Shown piece after piece: positions 54,112 through 63,439 of a stretch of 64,000 bases of DNA (positions are counted from its first letter, which is position 1; every line of letters starts with the position of its first letter). Under the pieces are notes generated by a model, which was not told the DNA's origin, did not search any database, and saw nothing but the letters and a program-made list of their open reading frames with translations. The DNA is from a virus. The stretch lies in the IMG/VR virus record IMGVR_UViG_3300032829_000004, positions 33,803 to 97,802 of that record; one strand, given 5' to 3'. A program made the position numbers and the translations under genes.

Positions 54112-54501
54112 ATGCAAACGACGGACGGCATCCTCAACCCGCTCGGCCTCACAGTCTGGACCGAGCGCCCCTGGGACCTCACCCCCTACAACGAGGCACA
54201 CCGCCCGGACGACCTCGCGGCCATCACCGCGAGCATGGAGGCGGACGGCTGGCAGGGCCTTCCCCTCGTCATCGACGACCGCGGCCTCGAGTCCGGCGGG
54301 CAGCTCCTGACCGGCAGCCACCGCCAGCTGGCCGCAGGCGAACTCGGCATCGACATCCCCCTCGTGTCCGTCACCGAGATCGCAGACCGGGCCGGGATCG
54401 ACATCAGCGCCTACGACAACGGCGAAGGCCAGACCGACTGGGAGCAGTTCTTCGCGGCGCTCCCCGCCGAGATCCGCGAGCAGACCGGGTTCGACCTGTG
54501 A
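54112..54501 (+). CDS. ParB/Srx N-terminal domain protein
   Basis: SMEADGW...PLVI...LLTGSHR..AA..LG. Confidence 0.7.
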   Translation: MQTTDGILNPLGLTVWTERPWDLTPYNEAHRPDDLAAITASMEADGWQGLPLVIDDRGLESGGQLLTGSHRQLAAGELGIDIPLVSVTEIADRAGIDISAYDNGEGQTDWEQFFAALPAEIREQTGFDL

Positions 54502-54833
54502 GCCGCCTTGCCGCGGGAACGGGCGGATACGAGGCCGAGCCGTCCGAAGCCCGCGCGCTCGCCGCCGCCGAGCTGGAGCCGGTCTTCGAAGGCTGGCCCG
54601 GCGACCTCGACGCCCAGCTGAGGGCGATCACGTCCAGGCTGGTCACCATGCAGGCCGTCGTCGACATAATCGCGGCCGAGCGGGCGCGGATCGTCGCCGC
54701 GATGCACGCGAATGGCAAGGGCAGGTCCTACCAGCAGATCGCGGACGCGCACGGCATGTCCCGCGGGCGCGCGCAGCAGCTCGCCGAGGCCGGGCGGAAA
54801 GCAGGCGGCTTCCGCGCCTCCGAAGCCGGCTGA
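54498..54833 (+). CDS. HTH protein
   Basis: SYQQIADAHGMSRGRAQQL. Confidence 0.7.
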   Translation: MSRLAAGTGGYEAEPSEARALAAAELEPVFEGWPGDLDAQLRAITSRLVTMQAVVDIIAAERARIVAAMHANGKGRSYQQIADAHGMSRGRAQQLAEAGRKAGGFRASEAG

Positions 54834-54839
54834 CCGGGC

Positions 54840-55364
54840 ATGGGACGCCCCAGGCTCACCGGGTGGGAGCCCGCGTTCCTCGCCGCGCTCGACGCGGGCG
54901 CGACCGTCGGCGAGGCCGCCGCCAAAGCCGGCGTCAGCCCGGCAACCGTCGACAAGAAGCGCTGGGAAAGCCCGGAGTTCGCCGCCCGGGTCGCAGAGGC
55001 CAGTCCCCGGCTCCGCGCGGCGGCACGGAGAGCCGGCCCGCGCACGTTCGGCGCGGACGCGGCGGCACGGGTGCTGGACGGGCTGCGGCGCGGTCTCACG
55101 CTCAAGCGGGCCTGCGAGGCGGCCGGTGTTCACAGGCAGACGGTAATGCGCGTTCGGCGCATCGACGACGAGTTCGACGAGGCGGTCGTCGCCGCGGCGG
55201 CGGAAGGCGGGGGATCGGCCGTGTCGCGGCTGCCGCGCCTGGCCTGTCCCGGCGAGTGGTGCGGGACGGCAACCGGGTACGACTACGGCTGCTCCCGCGA
55301 TCCCTGCCGCGCGGCCGTCACGAAACGCGAGGCTGCGCGCCGCCGCCGCCGGGTGCAGCGCTAG
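54840..55364 (+). CDS. Tandem HTH protein with C-terminal zinc finger
   Basis: Two A...AGV...TV repeats; CGTATGY.YGC...C. Confidence 0.65.
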   Translation: MGRPRLTGWEPAFLAALDAGATVGEAAAKAGVSPATVDKKRWESPEFAARVAEASPRLRAAARRAGPRTFGADAAARVLDGLRRGLTLKRACEAAGVHRQTVMRVRRIDDEFDEAVVAAAAEGGGSAVSRLPRLACPGEWCGTATGYDYGCSRDPCRAAVTKREAARRRRRVQR

Positions 55365-55404
55365 ACCCGGCACCGCCGCGCCTGATCGCGGACCCCGGCG
55401 AGGA

Positions 55405-55647
55405 CTAGCCCCCGAACGGCCTGACCGTGATCTCGTATCCCGGCACCTGGACGGCGTGCCCGAACACGATCCTGAAGTTTCGGACGGCGTCGTCCTCGGT
55501 GGTGACGACGTTCATGAGCGGGAATTCCCTGCCCGGTGCCGTTGCCGTGATCTCCACCGGCCGGGTGCCGGGAGGCGGCAGTTCGGGGAAGAGAACGCAG
55601 TCCTCGCGAAGGTCCACGAAATCCACGGTAAGGCGGGATGCCGACAT
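55405..55647 (-). CDS. Hypothetical protein
   Basis: Compact ORF. Confidence 0.5.
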   Translation of the reverse strand: MSASRLTVDFVDLREDCVLFPELPPPGTRPVEITATAPGREFPLMNVVTTEDDAVRNFRIVFGHAVQVPGYEITVRPFGG

Positions 55648-55659
55648 TCCGGGAAGGGG

Positions 55660-56010
55660 TCAGCGCCTCCGCCAGCGCCGTGCGCGGAGCCTTCGCTGAT
55701 ACTGGCGCCCATCAACGGCGAGCTTCCCGCCGCCGCCCCGGCGCGGCACTTCCCGCACCACCCGGTGATACGTCATCACGGCCAGCAGGGACGAGGCGGC
55801 ATCGGAGGGCTGCCACTGCACCCTGACCGCCCACTCGGCCACCGTGCGCCGGACCTGTTCCCGCTCGCGCTCCGAGAGCATCCCCGCAGCCGTTTCGATC
55901 AGCATGAACGCGTCAAGCCACTCGGTGAAGCTGAACAGTCCCTCGCGTGACAGGCGGACGGCCTCCTCCCGTATCGTGCAGCCGGCGTTGCCGGGGATGA
56001 CCGTGCTCAC
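55660..56010 (-). CDS. Hypothetical protein
   Basis: GTGA overlap. Confidence 0.5.
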   Translation of the reverse strand: MSTVIPGNAGCTIREEAVRLSREGLFSFTEWLDAFMLIETAAGMLSEREREQVRRTVAEWAVRVQWQPSDAASSLLAVMTYHRVVREVPRRGGGGKLAVDGRQYQRRLRARRWRRR

Positions 56011-56516
56011 GCGGGCCTCGCGGTGACGGTGGCCCCGGCAAGGTCCCAGCCGGCGTCGGGCGGGCAGGCGGCGGCGGCGAGCGTCATCGCCCGCGCTGCG
56101 GCCCGGCCGGGGTCGGCCGCGGTAACGGTCGCCCCGACGCGCACGGTCCTCGCGTCCGCCGCCCAGAAGACTTCCGTGCCGGTGACCGCCGGGTCGTCAT
56201 CCTCCTGGACCTGCGCGCGGCGTTCCGCCCTCCGGACGTCCTCGGAGCGGATCGGGGCGGCCATGCCGAGCACCACGGTGACGTCGTACCGGCGGACGGG
56301 CAGGACCCTGGACCGCCTGCCCTGCTCCAGCGAGATCAGCCCTTCGGCGGCGAGCATCCGCAGTGCCACGCTCGCGGTCTCCGCGGACACGTCGTGCCGC
56401 TTCCCCAGTTCGACCCTGCTCGGCACGGTCCCGGTCCCGGCGTAGTCGCCGCGCAGGATCTCCTCCCGGAGCCGCCGTGCCACCTCGACGGCCGACGCCG
56501 CGTCCCTGGGCGTCAT
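56007..56516 (-). CDS. GntR-family regulator divergent from the transfer operon (KorSA/TraR-like position)
   Basis: VARRLREEILRGDY...VPSRVEL...VS..T...AL..L..EGL. Confidence 0.75.
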   Translation of the reverse strand: MTPRDAASAVEVARRLREEILRGDYAGTGTVPSRVELGKRHDVSAETASVALRMLAAEGLISLEQGRRSRVLPVRRYDVTVVLGMAAPIRSEDVRRAERRAQVQEDDDPAVTGTEVFWAADARTVRVGATVTAADPGRAAARAMTLAAAACPPDAGWDLAGATVTARPA

Positions 56517-56668
56517 GAGCGCTTCGGCGAGCTGTGGATCGTCACCCGCTACATGGTAGGGATCACCGAGTTCGGTGGGTAGCACGCGTTCCCCCTTGAC
56601 TGTGCCGCGTCATCGTCTACTCTTCACTGTGTAGGCCACAATGCACAGTTAATCAAGTGGAGCACCCG

Positions 56669-56872
56669 ATGACCGAACCGCCGCCCTGGTACGCGGGAAC
56701 CGCCGCCCGCGCCCCCGCGCCCATGACCGCGCAGGATCTCGACGACTGGTGCGCCTCGGTCGATGCCGGGTCCGCTGTCGGCGGGACACGGCGGGGCGAG
56801 ACCCCCGAGTCCGTCATCCAGCACGGCGAAGCCGTGATCGGCGTCATCAACGCCCGCAGGAGGCGGGCGTGA
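56669..56872 (+). CDS. Hypothetical protein
   Basis: GGAG SD; downstream of TTGACT-16-TACTCT. Confidence 0.5.
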   Translation: MTEPPPWYAGTAARAPAPMTAQDLDDWCASVDAGSAVGGTRRGETPESVIQHGEAVIGVINARRRRA

Positions 56873-57168
56873 GCGCGGGCGCCCGTCCCGGCGGCATCGC
56901 CCTGCCGCCCCTGAGGTCGCCCGCGGACCTGGCCTGGCAGGACGACGCCCCCTGCACGCAGGCAGACCCGGAACTGTTCTTCCCGGAGAAGGGCGGCTCG
57001 ACCAGGCAGGCCAAGCGGGTCTGCATGGCCTGCGATGTCCGGGCCAGATGCCTGGAGTACGCGCTGGCGAACGGCGAGCGGCACGGGATCTGGGGCGGGA
57101 AGACCGAGCGGGAACGGCACCGCATCGCCGCGGGCCGGCCGCGCGGGCGGAACGGGCTGGCGGCATGA
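56869..57168 (+). CDS. whiB: WhiB-family Fe-S transcription factor
   Basis: C..ADPELFFPEKGGSTRQAKRVC..C.V...CLEYAL...GIWGG. Confidence 0.92.
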   Translation: MSAGARPGGIALPPLRSPADLAWQDDAPCTQADPELFFPEKGGSTRQAKRVCMACDVRARCLEYALANGERHGIWGGKTERERHRIAAGRPRGRNGLAA

Positions 57169-57623
57169 CGGCGGCGGCGTGGGGCGGGTCGTCCGCCGGG
57201 GTCATCGTGATCGGGGTGTGCGCGGTCCTGCTCTGGTTCGCCCGCCGGCATGCGCACAGGATTCACCAGCAGGCCAGCCCGTGGCTGTACCGGCTGCTGA
57301 TCTTCGGCATGTACGTGGGCGGCTGCGCGGTCGCCCTGACCGCCCTGGGCGGGTACGTGATCGGCTTCGAGATGTCCGTCGCGGGCCTTCTCGGCGGGGT
57401 CCGGTCCGGTGCCGGCTACGAGGTCGCGGTGATCGGCGGCTTCGTCGTACTCGGCGCGGCGCTCGCCGGCGCGGTCCTCGAGCCCGGCCCTGCCGTCGCC
57501 TGGTTCGCGCTCGCCGTCCCGTTCGTGTGCGCCCTGTCCGGCGGGCACCTGCACGGCGTGCTGACCGTGTTCCCGGTGACGGAGTGGGCGTCGCAGGTTT
57601 CGCAGTGGCTCGGCGGGCGGTGA
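57165..57623 (+). CDS. Multi-TM membrane protein of the transfer operon
   Basis: About four hydrophobic helices; ATGA overlap. Confidence 0.7.
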   Translation: MTAAAWGGSSAGVIVIGVCAVLLWFARRHAHRIHQQASPWLYRLLIFGMYVGGCAVALTALGGYVIGFEMSVAGLLGGVRSGAGYEVAVIGGFVVLGAALAGAVLEPGPAVAWFALAVPFVCALSGGHLHGVLTVFPVTEWASQVSQWLGGR

Positions 57624-57627
57624 CGGC

Positions 57628-58569
57628 GTGCACGGCGGCGGCCTGTACCTGTTCGCGCTGCTGCTCATCGGCGTCCCGTCGCTGTTCGCGGCCCGGATGG
57701 CCTTCCGTGCCCGCGCCCGCAGGGGCGGCAGGCCCGCAAACGGCGGCGGTCTCGTCTCCGGGTGGCTCTCCCACCGCCGGGCGCTCAGGCTCGAACGGGT
57801 CAGGCACGAGAACGCTGCGGCCCGTGACAAGGCGAAGCACGAGCACCGGCTCAGGGAGCAGGCGGAACGGGACGCACGGGCGGGGCACGCCGGCGACGGC
57901 ACCCCGAGGCGGACCGTGCGGGGGAAGGTCGTCCGCCTCGGCGACGGGCCGGCGGCTGGCAGCGCGCCGCCCGGCGCCGCACGCCGGCCTTCCCCGCCGC
58001 AGGACGGCACGCCCCCGCCTCCCGGACCGCCTCCGGCCCCCGCGGGCACCGGAGGACCGGAACACCGCCCGCACCTGGAACCCCCGGCGCGGGGCGCGGA
58101 AAGCCGGGAGGGAGGCTCTCCCGGTACCCGCCCCGAGCCGGGCCTAACCGCACCCCCGCCCCTGGAAGGGAAGATCGTGAGCACGCAGCCCGCGTCCCAG
58201 CACGCGGCATCGCAGGCGCCCGGCGTCGAGCAGGCAGTCGAGGGGATGCGCGTCATCCTCGCCCACGCCATGTCCGGCAACATCCAGTCCAAGCGGGCCG
58301 CCGTCCTCGCGCTCGCCGAGGTCAACCGCAGGTCCGGCCTGGTCGCCCTGACTCTCGCCCGGCACATGGCCGAACCAGGCCGGCACTACGGGCCGGAAGT
58401 CACCGAGCGGGTCGCCGCGGCATCCGCCCACTGCACCGCGTCCGCGACCGTCCTCGCCGAAGCCGACATGGCGCTGCTGATGCTGCTGAACTCTTCCCTC
58501 GCCGAGACGATGGCGTCCGGCCGGCAGGTCCCGCACCACGACGAGCTGTCCGAGACGGGGAGCCGCTGA
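57628..58569 (+). CDS. Membrane-anchored Pro-rich TraA-like protein
   Basis: N-terminal TM, Pro linker, helical C-terminal domain; directly upstream of TraB. Confidence 0.6.
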   Translation: MHGGGLYLFALLLIGVPSLFAARMAFRARARRGGRPANGGGLVSGWLSHRRALRLERVRHENAAARDKAKHEHRLREQAERDARAGHAGDGTPRRTVRGKVVRLGDGPAAGSAPPGAARRPSPPQDGTPPPPGPPPAPAGTGGPEHRPHLEPPARGAESREGGSPGTRPEPGLTAPPPLEGKIVSTQPASQHAASQAPGVEQAVEGMRVILAHAMSGNIQSKRAAVLALAEVNRRSGLVALTLARHMAEPGRHYGPEVTERVAAASAHCTASATVLAEADMALLMLLNSSLAETMASGRQVPHHDELSETGSR

Positions 58570-60689
58570 TGCCCGCCGCCGTGGAGAAGCGCCCCGCCGG
58601 GGACGTGGTGCACGTCCCCGGCATGCCCGCGCGGAAACGGGAATCGGAAGCGCTCCCCGCGAAAGCGTGGAGGTCGGCGCGCCGCAACAAGGCCGTCTCG
58701 GTTCCCGCCGCGGTCCCCGTCGTGACGTGGAGCGCGGCGGAGATCATGCACGCGTCCGGCACCGGGTGGGAAGCCGCCGCGGCGGGGGCCGCCGCGTCCG
58801 CCGCGGTCTGGTGGCTGGCCCCGCACAAGTGGACGGACAGGGACGGGAAACCCCGCTGGCCCGAAGTCTGGTATGCCCGCGCCACCGTCGCCGTGTTCTC
58901 CGCCTGGACGTCCGCGACTGCGGTCGCCGGCCCCGTCTCCCTTCCCGCCGCGGTCTCCCTCGCCCTCCTGTCGGCCGCCTGGGGCTACCCGTACTGGCGG
59001 CACAACAGGGTCCGCGGCTCGAAGGACAGGCGCAGGCTCCTCGAGGACTGGCGGCAGTTCTGGTACGGGCATTCCTTCGCCTGGGGAGTCGGCGGCTCGA
59101 ACGTGATCGAGGCCGAGGAGAAGCGCTCCCAGATCCGGCTCCGCGTCCAGCTCATCCCGGGCCGCCAGTCCGCGCACAGCGTCACCGGGTCGGTCCACCT
59201 GATCGAGTCGGCCCTCCAGGGGTACGCGGGGATCGGGAGGGTCCGCGTCGAGCCGGTGCGGGAGAACGCCAGCCAGGTCGACGTGTTCATGAAGCGGGAG
59301 AACCCGCTGCGGGAGACCGTGGAGTGGGACCCGTCGCTGGCGCCGGCCTCGGTGCACGACACCGCGCTCCAGGGCCTTGACGAGACCGGCGAGTGGCGGC
59401 GCGTGCCCCAGCTCATCTCGTCGTTCGTGCTCGGCGCGACCCGCACCGGCAAGAGCAACGACCTGCTGCTCCACGTCGCCCAGCTCGCGGGCTGCCCTGA
59501 CGCCCGGACGGTCGTGATCGACCTGAAGAGGAGGTCCGCGCACGCCCTGCTGCCCGTGCAGGCCGCCGACTACGTGATCACGACGGTGGACGAGGCCCGC
59601 GCCTACCTGGCGATGGTGGAAGCGGAGATCGCGGCCCGCTCGGCGGGCGCCTACGACGGGGAGGAGCAGCTCCGCGCCACCCCCGCGACCCCCGCGGTCA
59701 TGACGTTCTGCGACGAGGTGAACCCGCTGGCGTCGGCCGCGGGGGGCGACGCGGCGTGCGCGAGGCTGCTCGCCGTCATCGCGTCCCAGGGGGCGGGGCT
59801 GGCCGTGTTCCTCCGGGTCTACACCCAGTACGGGGCGCTGCACGAGTCAGTGCGGTCCGAGCAGGTCCGGATGAACCTTGACATGCGGGTCTGCTACCGG
59901 GTGAAGGAGCCGGACCACGGCCAGTTCGCGATCGCGAACTATCACCTGTTCGACGCGTCGAAGCTGGAGGAGAAGGGCACGCACCTGCTCCAGGTGGGGA
60001 AGGACTCCTACCCGGAGCACATCCGCGCCCCGCTCATGTCCCATGACCTTTTCCGCGCCGCGGTGCCGGAGGCCCTGGAAAGGCGGGGTCCCCGGCGGCA
60101 GCTGATGCTGTGGTGCGGCGCGGAGCCGTCCGTCGTCCCGGGCCTGACGTGGCAGGAGTGGTGGGATCGCCGCTGGCTCCGCCTCGACCCGCGTTTCCGT
60201 GAGATCTCGCCTCAGTACGCCAGCGCCGCGGAGGAGTTCGGCGAGCCGGAAGAGGCATCCCCTGCCCCTGCCGCGCCCCCGGCTCCCGCCGGCGTGCCCG
60301 GTGATGACGAGGACGGCGCGGCGGCCGCGGCGCGGATCGCCGCGGAGACGGAAGGCCCGGACGCGGAGCCTGTTCCCGGCGCGGCACCGCGGGCAAGCGA
60401 GATCACGGCGCGGAACCAGGGCCGGTTTTTCGCCCTGCTCGCTTCCGCTCCCCCTGGCGGGGCCAGGACGGCGGACCTGACGGCGGACTCGGGGGTGTCG
60501 TCGGGCTGGGCGTACAACACGCTGAACCGGCTGCTGGACCGGGGCGCGGTGACCCAGCCGGGACGCGGCCGGTGGGCGCCTGTCCCGGGCAGGGACGGGG
60601 CGGCGGAGGCTGCGGCTTTGAAGGCGGGCGACGACGCGCTGATCAGGGGGGCGGAGGGCCGCTACCCGCACCTGCGCCCCGTCGGGTGA
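58569..60689 (+). CDS. traB: TraB-like FtsK/SpoIIIE DNA translocase
   Basis: N-terminal TMs, Walker A GATRTGKS, Walker B FCDE, TQY, C-terminal winged helix. Confidence 0.8.
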   Translation: MPAAVEKRPAGDVVHVPGMPARKRESEALPAKAWRSARRNKAVSVPAAVPVVTWSAAEIMHASGTGWEAAAAGAAASAAVWWLAPHKWTDRDGKPRWPEVWYARATVAVFSAWTSATAVAGPVSLPAAVSLALLSAAWGYPYWRHNRVRGSKDRRRLLEDWRQFWYGHSFAWGVGGSNVIEAEEKRSQIRLRVQLIPGRQSAHSVTGSVHLIESALQGYAGIGRVRVEPVRENASQVDVFMKRENPLRETVEWDPSLAPASVHDTALQGLDETGEWRRVPQLISSFVLGATRTGKSNDLLLHVAQLAGCPDARTVVIDLKRRSAHALLPVQAADYVITTVDEARAYLAMVEAEIAARSAGAYDGEEQLRATPATPAVMTFCDEVNPLASAAGGDAACARLLAVIASQGAGLAVFLRVYTQYGALHESVRSEQVRMNLDMRVCYRVKEPDHGQFAIANYHLFDASKLEEKGTHLLQVGKDSYPEHIRAPLMSHDLFRAAVPEALERRGPRRQLMLWCGAEPSVVPGLTWQEWWDRRWLRLDPRFREISPQYASAAEEFGEPEEASPAPAAPPAPAGVPGDDEDGAAAAARIAAETEGPDAEPVPGAAPRASEITARNQGRFFALLASAPPGGARTADLTADSGVSSGWAYNTLNRLLDRGAVTQPGRGRWAPVPGRDGAAEAAALKAGDDALIRGAEGRYPHLRPVG

Positions 60690-60879
60690 CCACGGGCTGT
60701 GACGGTTTTCCATTTCTCCACGGCGGACCGTCCCGGCCCCCGTACGCGCGCAGGCGCGTGCGCGCACGCGCGGGGCAGTGGAAATGGAGAAGTGGAATTC
60801 CACGGTGGAAAACACGGACAGTGACCGGAGCGGGGGAGCCGTGCGGTTCCCCGGACGTGATCATGAGGAACGGGAGACC

Positions 60880-61848
60880 ATGACAGGCATGGCAAAGCAC
60901 TCGGCGCCCGCCGCAGCTGAAGACGGCAGGCCGCACCGTGACCGCCTGCTGCCGGTCCTGTTCCTGATCGTGGGGTGCGGCCTCCTCGAGGTGTGGGCGT
61001 CGTGGCTGACGCTCGGCAGCGTCTCCGGGTTCCCGAAGCTGGGCCGGATGACGACCGGGTGGATTCTCCCGGTGACCACGGAGGCGTACTGGTCGATCGC
61101 CGTGGTGGCGTGGCTCGCCGACCCGGCCGGGCCGAAGTCGAGGAAGTTCGCCATGTGCACGGCCGGCGTGGTGTTCGCGCTCAGCCTCGCGGGGCAGGAG
61201 CTCGGCCACGTGACTGCCGCGTCGCACAGGCCGGCCCCGATGGGTCTCGTCATGTTCGTGACCGCGCTGCCGCTGGTCGCGGTGGCGCTCGGCGCGGTCC
61301 TCATCCACCTCCGGCAGGCCGACCGGGAGGAAGCCGGCGTGGCAGCGCGGGCTGCGCGCGAGGCCGCGCGGCGGGCAGCGGAAGATGCCGCGGCGGCCGA
61401 TGAGCGGACGTGGCTGCGGCGGGAACTGGAGGCGCTGAGTGCCCGGCGGGACGAGGACGTGAGCGCTCTGCGGGCGGAGCTGGACGAGGCGGCGAGCGCT
61501 CTCGCGAGCGCCCGCCGGGATGCCGCGGAATCGCTCAGGCGAGCGGAAGCGCTGGAGCGCAGGCTGTCCGCCGCGAGCGATCGCGGCAGGCCCCGCAAGG
61601 CGCCCGCGCCTGACGACCGCAAGAGCGCTCAGGCAGGCATCAGGGACGGGGACCTTACGACGGAGCTGCTGGCCTACATGGAGCTGAAGGACAACCCTGA
61701 GATGCGGAAACCCCGCAAGGGCGGCGACCTGGCGAGGAAGCTGGGCGTCTCCGGCGCGACGGCGCGCAGGTACCGCGAGAAGTTCCTGAACCCCGACGGA
61801 TCGCTCAGGGAGCTTCCCGTCGAACCGCTCGCCAGTCAGTCCGGGTGA
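60880..61848 (+). CDS. Spd-like spread protein (4 TM, coiled coil, C-terminal HTH)
   Basis: LPVTTEAY motif, heptads, GDLARKLGVSGATARRY. Confidence 0.65.
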   Translation: MTGMAKHSAPAAAEDGRPHRDRLLPVLFLIVGCGLLEVWASWLTLGSVSGFPKLGRMTTGWILPVTTEAYWSIAVVAWLADPAGPKSRKFAMCTAGVVFALSLAGQELGHVTAASHRPAPMGLVMFVTALPLVAVALGAVLIHLRQADREEAGVAARAAREAARRAAEDAAAADERTWLRRELEALSARRDEDVSALRAELDEAASALASARRDAAESLRRAEALERRLSAASDRGRPRKAPAPDDRKSAQAGIRDGDLTTELLAYMELKDNPEMRKPRKGGDLARKLGVSGATARRYREKFLNPDGSLRELPVEPLASQSG

Positions 61849-61912
61849 GCGATCGGGCGAGCGCGCGCCTGAGCGATCCGTCCCTGAGCGGTCGGTGACC
61901 GGTGAGCGCTCG
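61844..61912 (+). repeat. Short direct repeats (S)TGAGCG(A/G/C)TC, candidate clt locus
   Basis: GTGAGCGATC, GCGAGCGCGC, CTGAGCGATC, CTGAGCGGTC, GTGAGCGCTC. Confidence 0.45.
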
Positions 61913-62021
61913 CGGGGATGCGCGGCCCGGGTCATTCAGGACCGCGTTCAAGGTCATTTCGGGGGCGGGCGGACCAAGATCGTTTAGCCCGGAGCAAGAT
62001 CGTTTACGGAGGGAGGGTTCA

Positions 62022-62144
62022 ATGCTGGCAGCCATCATCGGCGGCGTCCTCGTCGCCGCGGTCATCGCCGTCTCGGCGTGGGCGGTGTATCACGAGAGCC
62101 TGACGGTTCCGCCACGGGGTCTGCGGCGCCGCTGGCGCTCATAG
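62022..62144 (+). CDS. 40-aa single-TM protein
   Basis: GGAGG SD; hydrophobic helix. Confidence 0.5.
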   Translation: MLAAIIGGVLVAAVIAVSAWAVYHESLTVPPRGLRRRWRS

Positions 62145-62174
62145 CCCCACTCCGGGATCGTTTAGAAACGCGGC

Positions 62175-62213
62175 AGCCCGGCCCCCCGCATCGTCGCGGG
62201 GGACCGGGCTTTC
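62175..62213. terminator. Hairpin terminator between convergent genes
   Basis: AGCCCGG-CCCCCGC...GCGGGGG-CCGGGCT-TTC. Confidence 0.55.
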
Positions 62214-62262
62214 GTCGTCAGCAAGGTCATCTTCGGGGGAGGGCAACCTATTTCCCACATCC

Positions 62263-62532
62263 CTATAGGGATGTAGCGGGCGCTGCGGCCGATTCCCTGC
62301 CCTCGATCCGGGCCACCCCGTGCTCGTCGCACCATCCCCAGCCCGCTTCGGCGAGCGGCCCGTTCCCCGGCGGGGACAGGTGCCCGCAGGCGAGGACGAG
62401 GTGCGGCCTCCCCTTGAGCCTGCCGTCGCGCAGTTCCGCGCAGGCACGGCCGGCTTCCAGGCGTCCCTCTTCGGCGGCTTCCGCGCGGTGCCAGCGTTCC
62501 CGCTGCTCTCGCGCAGCGTCATCGGCTTCCAT
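62263..62532 (-). CDS. Hypothetical protein
   Basis: AGGAG SD; LACGH...WCDEH. Confidence 0.55.
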   Translation of the reverse strand: MEADDAAREQRERWHRAEAAEEGRLEAGRACAELRDGRLKGRPHLVLACGHLSPPGNGPLAEAGWGWCDEHGVARIEGRESAAAPATSL

Positions 62533-62603
62533 CGTGTTCTCCTGCCTTCAAGATCGTTTAGCCGGGGGAGCGGCCCGCCCCCGGAGGGGCGGGCTGCCCG
62601 GGT

Positions 62604-62876
62604 TCAGGCGGCCCAGGCGAGGCGGTGCTTGTCCTCGCCTCCGACCCTGACCGCCGCTTCCCGGTCGGCCAGGGTGAGGTTGGACTGGCAGGACTGGGGG
62701 ACCAGGTCGACGTGCCCTGCGGTGTAGAGCCGGGTCATTTCGGCGTCCAGTTCGGCGCGGGGGATGTCGGCGAGGGCTTCGCGGATGATCCGGAGGCTGG
62801 CGTACTGGGTGCCGTTCTCGGCGGCGATGAACTTCGCGATGTTCCTGATCCGGTCCGCGGTGGTCCTGGCGGTCAT
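62604..62876 (-). CDS. Small winged-helix-like protein
   Basis: YASLRIIRE.L.D..RAELD...V.LVP. Confidence 0.6.
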   Translation of the reverse strand: MTARTTADRIRNIAKFIAAENGTQYASLRIIREALADIPRAELDAEMTRLYTAGHVDLVPQSCQSNLTLADREAAVRVGGEDKHRLAWAA

Positions 62877-62897
62877 CTTCGTTCCCCTTCGCCCGTT

Positions 62898-62956
62898 GTT
62901 CCCTGCTGACACTCTTATTCTTGCCTACTTTTGGCCACATGTCAAGCCGGACGGGA
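62898..62956 (-). promoter_or_regulatory. 59-bp promoter repeat, copy 1
   Basis: TTGACA-17-AAGAAT; 58/59 identical to 63440-63498. Confidence 0.75.
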
Positions 62957-62969
62957 GAACTGGCTTTCG

Positions 62970-63176
62970 CTATTTCCCTGACTTCCTCCTGCGCCGCGTC
63001 CGCGCCGACGCGTCATCGTCCGCCACCGGCGGACGGCCCATCGGCCACTCGATCCCCCACGTCCGCAGCGTCCGCAGCGGCACGCCCAGCTCCGCAGACA
63101 CCTCCTGCTGCGTCATGCCCTGAGAAGCGAGAAGCCGGGCTGCCTGGACCCGGCTCTCGTCACGCGTGCGGGGCAT
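62970..63176 (-). CDS. Small HTH protein
   Basis: GMTQQEVSAELGVPLRTLRTW...GRP. Confidence 0.65.
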   Translation of the reverse strand: MPRTRDESRVQAARLLASQGMTQQEVSAELGVPLRTLRTWGIEWPMGRPPVADDDASARTRRRRKSGK

Positions 63177-63421
63177 CAGCCGTAGATCTCGGCGTCCAGG
63201 TCGCTGGCGAACGTGCCGTCGTCCGGCCGGGAAATGCCGGACAGGGCCGACGCCGCGATGTCGCCGTCGTCCCAGACGTGCCCGTCCGGGCCGCGCAGTG
63301 CCGTCGCGCCGTGCTCGCGGGCGAAGTCGAGCATCCCCGCGTTGGTGTAGCCCTGGCGGTCCTCGGTGTGCCCGTCCTTGTAGGTGAGGGTGTAAACGCC
63401 CGACTCGTGCCTGCGTCCCAT
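63176..63421 (-). CDS. Hypothetical protein
   Basis: GGGAG SD. Confidence 0.55.
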   Translation of the reverse strand: MGRRHESGVYTLTYKDGHTEDRQGYTNAGMLDFAREHGATALRGPDGHVWDDGDIAASALSGISRPDDGTFASDLDAEIYG

Positions 63422-63439
63422 GATCGTTCTCCCTGTCTC

